Of a stretch of 64,000 bases of DNA, positions 13,681 to 25,215 are shown in pieces. The notes below the pieces were generated by a model, which saw nothing but the letters and a program-made list of their open reading frames with translations, was not told the DNA's origin and did not search any database. The position numbers were made by a program, and so were the translations under genes. Each line of letters begins with the position of its first letter. The first letter of the stretch is position 1. Origin of the DNA: Acanthaster planci. Its lineage: Eukaryota. The stretch is from the NCBI RefSeq assembly GCF_001949145.1, contig NW_019091356.1, positions 799,660 through 863,659 of the forward strand, in the 5' to 3' direction.

Positions 13681-13820
13681 TCAAGGCCTAACACAAAGTA
13701 AGCCCCACTTCCATCCATGAACTGTACAAAGTGATAAATCAATCTTCTGACCCCCCATTGTCCTTCCATTGTATCCAACAGTTTCAACGATCAAAGATGC
13801 AGAAAATCAAATTTTGAATA

Positions 13821-16800
13821 CTATATCTGTGATATGATGGCCTCATTGCGTTTGTGGAAGAACGCTTTGCCAAGCTCGTATGTACTGATCATCAGTGCAC
13901 AAGCTGGGGTGACCTTGGCAATGCGAGGAAAAATACCTGGATTAACACAAAACAAAACACAAAATCATGTTTAAACACAGAGAAATAGGCCAGCACAATT
14001 TTACCAAAACTTAACATTGCTATTTTACTGTACAATACTGACTTTGGAAAAAAAAAAGCTTCCATTCAGTTGTCAATGCCACAATTTATGCTCAGAATAA
14101 ATGTCATTTCTGCAGTTGCTTTTAAAAGCCTACAACAACAAACAACATTGAAACCTCCATCATCTGAAAGCTCACTCACTTTTCTAATGACATGCTGGAC
14201 CATAAATGTACAATCCCAACCGATTTTTGTTTTGAACTGCATGGTTTATGAAGTCCGTTTAACAGTGATTGCTAGAAATTCTTTCAAGTCTCACTCACCA
14301 GCAAAAAGGCCTCGGAGGCCCCTCTCAGCATACAGTCTCTGCATGATGTTCCAGGTGGATGTGGCTCGGTAATTGCCGTCTTTTTCTTGTTAAAGACAAA
14401 TTTGGCAGGAAGGAATTTTCATTAGTAAACAAAACTAACTTCATCGTGCAATAAAAATGTAATTAAAAAATAAAATTTAATTTATTCAATAAGGCGACCC
14501 TCAAAATGGACAGAGCACATGCATGTAGCTCTAGAAGGATTACTGGTATTGATGTACTCATGCTGGCCGATAATCAACCATGGCCTGTGCTGCTAATAAA
14601 CAGACATCAGTCAAGCAATGTGGGACTTGTCACTTGACACTTCTTGGCAACCGCGGTGAAGGAAACTGATACCGAAGCACGATTTTTTTAATGCCGACTT
14701 ACACAAAGGAATTTTTGTGGTTTTATGGAGAAGGAACCAAGAAAAACATGCCAATTTATACAAAATGACGACTTATAAATGCTGACTTAGAAATGAAATT
14801 TTCAATGGAAATGCATTACAGACGATCGGGGCTTTTGTCAAAAGGCCGACTTAGACGATATGAGTTACGCGATGCCGACTTGGTTGGAGTTTACATTTAT
14901 AAAAAACATGAAGAAGTGCATAGATTAGAAGTGCAAGTTAGATTAAAAAAGATTACTTACTGGTATTAAACATAGCTTCTCCAAGTTCTATCTGTCGGTG
15001 TGTCTTAACAACATCAAAGGGATTGGTCAGGACAGCTGCAAGCTGAAACAAAGGGGCAACAAACCTAAACTGGCTTGTCTTAACAGCCTATCCTATTAAA
15101 AAACCGGGAGTCGACTCTTTGCTAGGATAAGGAGGGTAAGGGAATTATTTCATTCAAATTGAAGATGTTAATTCTAGAAAAACATTCTTTTAACATGAAA
15201 TACAAAAAAAAACAATCTTAACCGTTTAATAATTTTTGAAATGGTTTACAAAGCGTGAGTCTTACAATGCCGGACACTGCACCAGAGAAAAATGCTGCCG
15301 GAAAGGTTGGTTCTCGTCGGTTGTATTTCAGACATGCCCTGGTCTTCATGAACTCGTAGTTAGCCCACAAGATCACTGACAAAGATGATGTAAGTTGTAG
15401 GGTTAACAACTGCTCATGGGTCTTCAATGGCATTGAATTTGCAATACCTACAATTACACATCACAAGTTCAAATACTTAACAGCCTTTTTATACATAAAT
15501 GTCTACATGTTGTGATTAAAACACGACTGCTTGCAGCTTGAAGCATTGAAGTCGTGACCTCTTCAGACCATCGCAAGACAATCACAAGACCACAAAAGAC
15601 CAACACAAGGCCTCCAATCTGAATTCAAGTTTCAAGCTAATCAAGTGAAACGCGACAAAAGTATTCCTTTATCATTGTTCACCCCGTTACTTGTGACTGA
15701 TCTTGTGTCTGGTGTGAAAAAGGTCTTCTGATGGTCTTGACTACAACACTGTTCACCATAACCAACAAGAATCTTACTTGAGAATGGAACATCCCTGAGA
15801 AGTGTGGGACCCAGACCCCGCCACAGCGACAACCAGCCTTCGTCCTGTACTGCTGTCTTAATGCAGCCGACTATCTCGTTGTAGGTCAGTGGTTTTGACT
15901 GCATCTTGGTCCGTACCAGCTCCAATGGGGAAATCACAGTCACTGCAAAAACTGGAGGGCCAATAACTTTGTCATAGAATGGGCCATTGGGAAATCACAA
16001 TCACTGCAAAAAACTGCAGGGCCAATAGTTTTGTCATAGAATGGACCACGGGGAAATCACAGTCACTGCAAAAACTGAAGGGCCCATATTTTTGCCCATA
16101 GTATGGGCCATGGGGAAATCATAATCACTGCAAAAACTGCAGGGCCAATAGTTTTCCCATAGAATGGGCCATGGAAAAGTCACAGTCAATTCAAAAACTG
16201 TAGGGTCAATAGTTTTGCCACAGAATGGACCACAGGGAAATCACACGCACTACAACAACAGAAGGGCCAATAGTTTTGCCACAGAATGTGACAATACTGA
16301 GTACAGTCACAAATTCAGAGTATGAATAAAAATGAACGTTCAAAGGCTTAGGATTAAGGGGCTGATTTCATTTACTTGGCTATGGATAAGAATTAAACTT
16401 GTGTAGATAATAAGAAATGCATGTAGCTGCTAACTGACGGCTGTTTGGCTTACCTCTGGCTATACCACCACTAGCCATTGGTATCAGCAAGCTAGACTTG
16501 CCAAACTGGTAACCCATCAATTCTTTCAGCTGGTCGTAGCTTGTGTAGTACAGGACTGTGGCTGGTACTGCCATGAGCCTAAGAATGTACATAGAATTTT
16601 CAGAATCACTGAGATCGGGAGACAGCACATGTGGGACACAAGCTTGAGCACATAAGGAGTGAAATATTGATGTTTTATTTTCATTTGAATGTGTACAAAT
16701 CACACAAGGTCTTTTTGTGGATGCCAGGCATACAGAGAGTGTTCAAATTTGCCTTGAAGTGTATAAATTCACAATTGGCAATGTTCCATGCTTTCACATG

Positions 16801-18972
16801 TAATTTTACAACAGGGTGTTGAAAACATCCAAACACCTCCTGGCTGAAACCTTGGTAGCAATGCAGTTCAACTTCAAATGTCTGAATACAACAAAGATAA
16901 ACCAGTGTCTTACAGAGTCGGAGGAAGTCCACTCCACAGCTTAGCGATTCCCTCATTCTTTGCTATTTTAAACAAGGCATCCTGACAGGATAAACAATAA
17001 AAACAGACGATTTTTTACCATGATGGCATACTGTGCACACCTGAATTCTTGACATTCAATCAGTTAACCAATATGCCACATTCTTTATTCTTCAACAACA
17101 CTGGGATACCAGGCCTGACTTCAAGAGAAGTTCAGAGGGTCTAGGGCTAGACCTTGCTCTTTCACAGTTTACTTTACTTCCCTGCAAATGCTCAACTAGG
17201 TGGAGTTGAACTAGGGTTAACCACTTGCTGCCGGGTGGTTTGAAAAATGCAGTGCACACAAATGGGACATTTTCCAGATTTTCAGTTTTCAAAATTCTTC
17301 AAAAATTCATCATTTCAATTAATGGACATTGACACCCACGCGAATAACTGTCTGGTGGCTACTTTAATCTGACAGACAAAATCTATTGAGGCCCAAGCAT
17401 TTCAGCCAGGCCTGCAGCCTTGTAAAAAGAGCACAGATTGTGCGGTGCTATGTAACTTTCTTTTGTTCGCAAACCTGGCTCAGTGCGCTGCTGGCCTCTT
17501 TTCGATAGGTGCCAGATTTGGGAGACCCCGGCCACCCACATAAAGAATACGTGTTCAGTACCGGCAACCCTGGCGGCAAGTGGTTAACCTTGGGTTAACT
17601 AGGGTTAAACAACTAACTTGGTGAAGTTGAACTAGGGTTGACTACAGGTTAACTAGGGTTAAACTACAAACTGTGTAAAGTTGAACTAGGGTCCTCCTCC
17701 ATGGGTTAACTAGTGTTAAATAATGAACTAAGTAAAGTTGAGCTAGAGTTTAAAAAGGGCTTACTAGGATTAAACAATGTTTGGTGATGGAGATAACGTA
17801 CCAAAGTTCCATTGAATTGGCCAGGTCTTTTATACCATGGAGCAACTGTCATGTTCATCGGTTCTTTTCCATTGATACACGTGCAGAGATGATCCATCAA
17901 ACCATTGCAGTACAAGAAACACTGACCTATTGGCAACGTTAAAGAGATAGGCACAGGTAAATGTATCAGAAAGTATGCTTTTGAGCAACATATAAATTGT
18001 AGAAATTTACTTGTTTTCTGTGATCAAGTCCAAGTTACCTAAAATTGAAGGTCACTGGTAAGTAATCTTAGAAAATCTTGAATTAGCATAAGTTGGTCTG
18101 AAATTGGAGAATCTTGCTGACAGTGCACTCTGAGAGTTGTAAAAGGAAAATATGCAAAGCAAGAACATAAAACTAGTCTGGAGCTACAAGGCAAATCACA
18201 TGTCAGCGCAAAACAATGTAATGGACTCAGAGTTACAAATTATCTGCCTGGATGGATTTGATGAAGGTCTCCGTTGAAACACTTTTAGGTCTCTGCAGCA
18301 TCCACGACATGCCTAGGACTTTGAACAGAGCAACAACCAACTGCAGTACAGTGTGTATGAGTGTTGGCCGATACTCACCACTGGCAATGGGTTTTATCTG
18401 GCTTTGCAGTCGGATCTTCACAACATCCAAGGGAGTCACTAATAAAATACACAAATGGGGAATAAATCAACAAACCAAACTCAGAACATTTCACAGCAAA
18501 AGATGGAAACCAACTTATAATAAATGAACATTAAGTACCATGGTAAAACCATGGTACATTTATACAAGGGTTAACACATGCACACATAAATTTCTTCCCA
18601 GACTACTATCCCAATGCCATAGTCAAGAGAGTCATCCCTCTTTGCAGGCAGATGCAGACGAGGGCCTACCCGGCATTCCCTCCAGTGACACCCTCGGCAT
18701 AGCCTATGGATGGTGGTAGGCATGCTTGTTAGGACTGCTTTTCACTCTAATTGTAGATCTTAGATTTGCTTACTGAATAATGCAGTCAGAAAAGCCCCAG
18801 TTCCGGACGATATCATCTGTTGGACGGGCGTAAGCGGAGGCAGCGGTGAGGGTCCAGTGGCTAGCATGGCAGGCCTACCACCATGACTGCCCGCATCATC
18901 ATTACTTCCACTAACACGGGCAGCAACTACGGAGTTCGATGGCCCCACATGCCCATCGTTGGGTAGCGGCAT
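13821..18972 (-). CDS. SLC25A40: Mitochondrial glutathione carrier, SLC25A39/SLC25A40 family (canonical copy), 10 coding exons
   Basis: Exons 18774-18972, 18379-18438, 17802-17926, 16914-16981, 16454-16578, 15778-15951, 15266-15375, 14961-15042, 14299-14385, 13821-13936. Three carrier signatures ([24 protein letters not shown]), loop [33 protein letters not shown]. Probably co-orthologous to vertebrate A39 and A40. Confidence 0.92.
15926..16290. repeat. About 61-bp minisatellite (6 units) made from the exon-6 splice acceptor of the carrier gene
   Basis: Unit GGGAAATCACAGTCACTGCAAAAACTGCAGGGCCAATAGTTTTGTCATAGAATGG; the first unit overlaps the coding exon boundary at 15951. Confidence 0.9.
17221..17583. 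mobile_element. piggyBac-like MITE with TTAA target duplication
   Basis: TTAA|CCACTTGCTGCCGGG ... CCCTGGCGGCAAGTGG|TTAA; a related copy lies at 13107-13680. Confidence 0.8.
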
Positions 18973-19174
18973 AATGGCTCTGAAAAGAGCCTTGTAAGGC
19001 CAGTAAAACGCTCACTCTTCAGAGGTCTAGTCTAGCATCGGTGTGAGATACTGTATTTTGGCCATTCGAGTGTTTAAAACTTTGAAGATTCCGAGTTACA
19101 CAAGGTCAAATGTGCACGGACCGACCCAATATACATTAACGACACGCGCTAGCGACACGCAAATGGTCTGATAA

Positions 19175-19192
19175 AGTGCGCCACCTTGTGGC
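19175..19192 (-). promoter_or_regulatory. CTCF-like motif upstream of the first carrier gene
   Basis: Minus strand reads GCCACAAGGTGGCGCACT, a close match to the CTCF core CCASYAGRKGGCRS. Motif match only. Confidence 0.45.
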
Positions 19193-21052
19193 GGGGTATT
19201 ACACAAAAAAATCATTTTACAAAACTTCATTGACTTCACGTATTGATAGCACATTCGTTGGCTTTGCAATTTATTCAATCCCAATTTTTGAAAAATGGGT
19301 GGTTATTTTATCATATTTTACAATGAAACTTTTGAAAACTTAGCAACTCTATTAACGATTTCACCAACTGAAGATCCGTTGTTAGAAGTTTAGTACACCA
19401 GAATCATGATACTGGAATTTCCTTAACTTTTTTTGTTAAATTTTGTTTATTAAATGAAACTTCAATGTACTTGGCCGTTTATCATTATTCCAAGTGGGAT
19501 AACTGTTATAATAAGTAGGTCCTCAAATATAAATATCAATAATGGAAAAAACTGAAAAAATTTACGAAATGTGCAATTGACTTTAGCTGGTTGAACTACC
19601 AAATCAATTTAAAATAATCGTCCCTTGTTTATTGCAAAAAAAAAAAGAAAAAAAATTACTAAGTCATAAACACATTCTGAAAAATTCAATTTTGAACAAC
19701 TTTAACATCAAAATTACTGTTTTGTCTTACTGTTCGGAAAGGTGGACCGTCATGCACGAACAAATGATAGTTTCCTAATATTTTAAAACAATTGGAAGAA
19801 ACTTGTTACAAACTAACAAATCCTCTGAACAAATTTAAACTTCAAGAGCATGAAACCCACGCTTGAAAGATGTTAAACATACACACTACACTTCATTTTC
19901 CAAAGTAAGTCCAGCTCACTTAACATATATACACATAAGCAAACTGCAAGTTGGTACTTCATTTTTCTCAACCATGTACAACTTTTGTAGTAAAGTATAA
20001 GAAGACGAAATGTGTAAGTTACAAATTCAAAAATCTGAGTCAACAAAGTGCAGCATAGAGTACAGCTACTTACTGGCTACTGAAAGCTGTTAACGTTCAG
20101 CTATGAGACATTTTGGAAAAAAAGGAAGATGTCTATTATTGTGCGACATTGAATTTCACTGTCAAGTAGGTAGAAATATTCCAAGTGAGATATTTTACTA
20201 ACTGGCATCCAACTACTATATTGGTTGTGAATAAATTCTCCTCACAAGTGTTTTTAATTCCGTGGAATTTTGCATGTGATCATTAATGCCCTTTTTAATC
20301 TAATGGTAAATTGTGCTTATTTGACAGACTGTTACACTTTACTCTCAAAGTCAGCGAATGATTCAAACTGTGAATTAATTCACACAGAACATCTGCCACG
20401 ACAATGCCCAAACACATTTGTATCAGAACATCACAGAAAATTCTGAAGTTTCAACAAGTTTAATACTCCTCAGATTTTGACAACATGCACAAACAGTCCA
20501 GAGCTGTATTGCAATTTTACACTGCTTGTGACATTAAATGCATGTACACAATCACATTGCTTATACCACAAACACACTTACAATATGCATCCTCAACTCT
20601 GGAAAAGCAATGACATCAGTAGAGAAATGTTATGGAAGTATAAAAACTTGAAAAGCTTATAAACAGCTAAATATCCACAAATAACTGCAATCAGCTAAGA
20701 AATTACAAAATTAGGTACAAATTTCCTCTCTGCTGTCTTGCAGAAGTAACAATGCACTGCTCTTAGTCCATACAGGTCATAACACTGAACATCGCCAAAA
20801 TGGGTGAAATTTCAAAGTACCTAAGTCAGGGTCAATTGACAGATGCAGCAGTGAACTTTCAAATCCTTGACCCTGCCATTTTTTGGTTTCTCCTGAACTA
20901 TCATGTTATTTTAGCAATGCCACTCCTCAATAAAGAGTTATTGTGCGTATTCAAATACTCTGGTTCAACCTTTGGAAGTTCCATCTCTTTTCCTCCTTGG
21001 AACTTTGAATGCTTCCTCGGGTGGCGATTGGATAGCCATTGTTGCCATGGTT

Positions 21053-24000
21053 TCAGTAACCCTTTTCCAAGTTGTACTTCTGGAAGAGTGAGATAACGCA
21101 CTCATAGGTTGTGATGAGTATAGCACTGGATGGCGCTCCCTTGCAGATGCGAGGGACGGTACCTGTACAAACCAAGACCAATCAAGCAATATCAATGTTA
21201 CATAGCGCTGACTGAAAGAACGAAGCTCTTCAGAGTGATGACAAACTTCTGATTGAATGCTCAAATATTCAACTTTTCTCTTTCTTTCTGAAACACTTAA
21301 AACAGAACATGGGTACCACTCATAACCCACACCTTTTCAATTTATTTTTTTGAACACAAAATATATCAATTATTCCATACCATTTTCTTGAGAAGCACCC
21401 ACAACTTTCTGATCAATAAATTAATTTGTTCATGACTCGGCAGCTAACTTTGTGGCTGAATTAAGGAGTAGGAAGACACAAAAATGTGGCCACAGAAGGA
21501 AGAGATTTGGCAACTTACCTGCAAACAAGCCTTTCATTCCTGCTTCAGCAAAGATAGCTCTCATGATGGCCAAGCTACTGGTCTTGCACCGTGGCATGAC
21601 TGGATGAACAGACAACAAAAAGGAATCATCAAGTTTTCTTATTAAACCATCTAATTACATCAAAGGAAACTTTCCAAATGTTCCATTATGCAATGAGCAA
21701 ATAGTTTCGCTGAAGAAGTACGGTATTTGTTCATCATCTCAAGGCTGTTTCAAGCCACTGGTGTAAAACAAGTTTCAAAGCACTCCAAAATACGCTAGAG
21801 ATGTCCACAATAAGCACAAACTTCAGATTTTTACTCACAAAGAAAACAAAGTCCAAACACACAAGAAACTCACCGGTGGAGCCCGGATTTTTCCCGATGG
21901 TGATCTGCTTCTGCGTTTTGACAACATCAAAAGGTGTTGACACCACTGCAGCCAGCTAAATGAAGGAAAACATGTGCCTATAAATAAGCTTTTCTTATAT
22001 TTTACTTACTAAATATTAGGCATCTGTGACTTGTCAGTTGTTTAAAAATCTTCTAAATTTATATATCATTTAGTGTGATTGGTCAAGAAGTCTGCTTTTT
22101 GCATAAACGTCACTAATGAAAAAGAAAATTTAATATTGTCACAGGCGTTTCAAGAACAAACAGTTTGAATAACTTGCAAAACTTATTCAAAGAAAGCTGA
22201 AATTAAGAGAAAAAAATAACAACTGGGTACATGTTAACTTACAACTCCTGATGCAGCACCAGCCCAGAATGTCATAGCCACCGTTGGATCACTGACGTTA
22301 GATATCTTGCACATCTCGGCTTTCAGCAGCTCATAATGAGTCCAGTATAGCACTGTTGAGTAGCCAAAAATAAGAAATCATAAAAATCAGTTTAGAATTC
22401 AATAGCAACCAATTTAATTCCAGTTCCTCATCAATACTTTTGTGTTGGTATAATGCAATCTAATAGAAAATAGACATGGAAATGAAAAGAAAAGGTTCCC
22501 TTTCAATGTTCGTTATTTGCTTCACTTAGAACCTTGCGGATTATAACGTTTGTAGGTTGTACAAAGCACGGTCACTGAGGAATTAGTTTAGGAGGATTTT
22601 TACCTGCATACATGACATCACGGCTTAGCATGGGGCCCAGACCCCTCCACAGGGATGACAGTCCATCATTCATAATGGCTCGACGAAGGCAACACATCAG
22701 CTGGGCATACGATGTTGGCTCGGCCTGCATCTTGGTCCGAATCATCTCTATTGGGCTGACAGTTGTCACAGAAACAGCTAATGTACAAAAAGGAAAACAT
22801 TTCCTTTTTTACATGAAAATATAAAAAAACAGATAATGCACATTAAACAAACAGCAACAAATGCAATGATGATTGATGCACATAGAATGACACCAGCTGC
22901 AAATATCTTGTAAATTTCTTTGAATCCTTTAAGCTGGGAAGATCACATAGTTTTTTATTGTGCCTTAAAGACGATATTTTAACTGCCTTTTGTAAACTAT
23001 TTAGATGTAAATCACACAAAAGAATAATCATAGACTCTAGCAACCTTATTTGTATTTCAAGCAGGTTATTAAACCTGTTATGAGATTGCAACCAACCTCT
23101 TGCTGTGCCGCTGGCAGACAGCGTGATGAGAAAGCTGTTCTTGTCTGTGTGTCCTTTCTGAAATCCCATCACTGACTTCAGTTTCTCATAGACCGAAAAA
23201 TAGATCACATTGGATGGGACGCGCATCAAGCTACAAGGCAACCATACAAGACACGAAATGTGACAGTTTCAGCTACTCAAAATAATGCAGTTAGACTTCA
23301 AAAGCTCACAAGACAATACGATTCTCAGTTATTAGAATCTACAATAACAAAAACCCTAAATTAGAAAAAAAAATTAACTTACAGTGCCGGGGTCAGGCCA
23401 CTCCACAGTCTGCAAAAGCCTTCACTGCGCACAATCTTCACAAAGGCATCCTAATGGAGAAGAACAAATTCTGAGTTTTAAGTTGAATGAGAAGAACATA
23501 CAAAAAACAGCAAACATAAATGTTTGTGTCATGCATAGGTTTTAACATAAGGAGTTAGCTGATGACATTTAACAAATTATTCTGCGTCATTTTTTGTTCA
23601 TGATTAAGCATTATTTAGCCAGGAATTAGATTTATGCTATATAACTTAATATGCAATGTATCGGTAATTTGTGACATCAAAATAAAATTGATATATTGAG
23701 CGCTTACCAGTGTTCCACTGAATCTATAGGCTGATGTAGAGCTTGGGCAGATGATGTGGGAATGTGAGTGAGTTGCTGGAATACAAGTATAACTTCTGTA
23801 GGGAACAAGGCTGAGGGCTGAGTGGGGATGACTGCTAAAGACCGGACGAAAAGACCCTGCAAAAATCATCATAAAAGAAAAATTGGTAAGAGAGCTATGG
23901 GTCGCCATCAAGGAAAAAAGCAACATGAAAAATAACAAACAAACTTAGATTATTTATTTTGTTTTATTGTTCATGTTGTCTTTTTGCCCAGATGGCCGCC

Positions 24001-25215
24001 CATAGACAGCCAGATAAATTAGTTAATGAACCTTTTTGTGAAAAAGTCCTAGATTTGTTAAAATAATGTTATGAGAAACAAGACAGGATATGGAAGATGA
24101 ATCTGACCAAAAAAAAGAAACAAATTTCAATATATGATACTTAAATATGGGTCTCAAAATGAACAAAAACGGCAATAAAGTACAAGATTATTTGATTATT
24201 CAATCAAAAGGCCTTAGAACACTTACTTATGACCTCAGTAGGCTGTTGCTGTGCCTGAAGCCTCACTTTGACCACATCAAGTGGAGTCACTGTGCAAAAT
24301 ATATAAAAAAGACAATAAAAAATTGTCTTCAAATATTCTAAGGCAAATACAATCTTTTAAAGCCAAACTTACAACGACTGAAAGATTAGGAAGAACAGAA
24401 AAGGTAAGGGTGGAAATATCTGCCAAACGTTAATATTTGTTGATAAACTAAATTGGGAAAGATGTTCCACATACGGACAACACTAATTTTCCTTCACTAT
24501 TTTATAACATTAAGAGCCATCAGAAGGTGATAACATGTCCTAAAAACTGAAATTTAGCTAAGAAACTTCCAAAGCACTTACTTCTTAGAAAAGACTAACA
24601 TTAGGGTTTTTTTCAGACAAGTCTCATAGGTCTGTGCACGGGAGCATCAAGTGTTGTCGGTTTATGGAACACTTTCCTAAATTTCTGAAGAGAGGAAAAA
24701 TTCGAATGCAATTTTTCTTCACTCTTCCGTCCATGAAACAAAACGAAACATATCAACAGCCAGCACACTACCAACTTACTGAAAATAGACATGAAGACCG
24801 TTCCGGCACACGAGGCAACTCCCCTCTGTAGAGAGGTCACATCAACTTCCGACTGTGACTGACTCTGAACCTGGGGAGCGACACTTCTAATGGGGCTCGG
24901 CGATGCTTTCCTCGGTAGGGTATCACTTCTCGAGGATGGTGATGGGCTGCGCGCACGAGTGCTTCTCCCCCACGATCTTCTGCTTTCCCTGCTTTCGGCA
25001 ACCGAGAGAGATTTTGACAGAAATCCTCGACTGGTTGAAAACTGCCGATCAAATTCTGGGGACGTCGGAGGCGGGGGCGAGCAATTAAGACTCTGGTCCC
25101 CAGAAAATTGGCGGATTTGCTGCAGATTCTGCAGCGGCTGCACGCTTCCATTCGCCCCCTGCCCAGCGATCACCCCACCAGCTCCGTTGGGCTGGAGAAA
25201 CTTGGGCCTGCACAT
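21053..25215 (-). CDS. Divergent tandem paralog of the SLC25A39/40 mitochondrial carrier, 10 coding exons
   Basis: Exons 24780-25215, 24227-24289, 23708-23856, 23383-23450, 23097-23230, 22604-22777, 22243-22352, 21874-21955, 21519-21599, 21053-21162. Intron phases and several exon sizes (68, 174, 110, 82 nt) match the neighbouring gene. Motifs PLDVVKVR, PIEMIRTK, PFDVVKTQ; the ORF is intact. Confidence 0.9.
24473..24650 (+). repeat. Dispersed repeat (other copies at about 28283-28455, partial at about 9760-9805)
   Basis: Shared GGACAACACTAATTTTCC...GTGATAACATGTC...TTTTTTTCAGACAAGTCTCATAGGT. Confidence 0.75.

Noticed and set aside
15926..16290. CRISPR-like array
   Set aside because: The units are contiguous and homologous throughout, there are no unique spacers or cas genes, and the context is a eukaryotic intron.
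13821..25215. Carrier duplication as a haplotype assembly artefact
   Set aside because: The two copies are highly diverged in exons and unalignable in introns, so the duplication is real and old.
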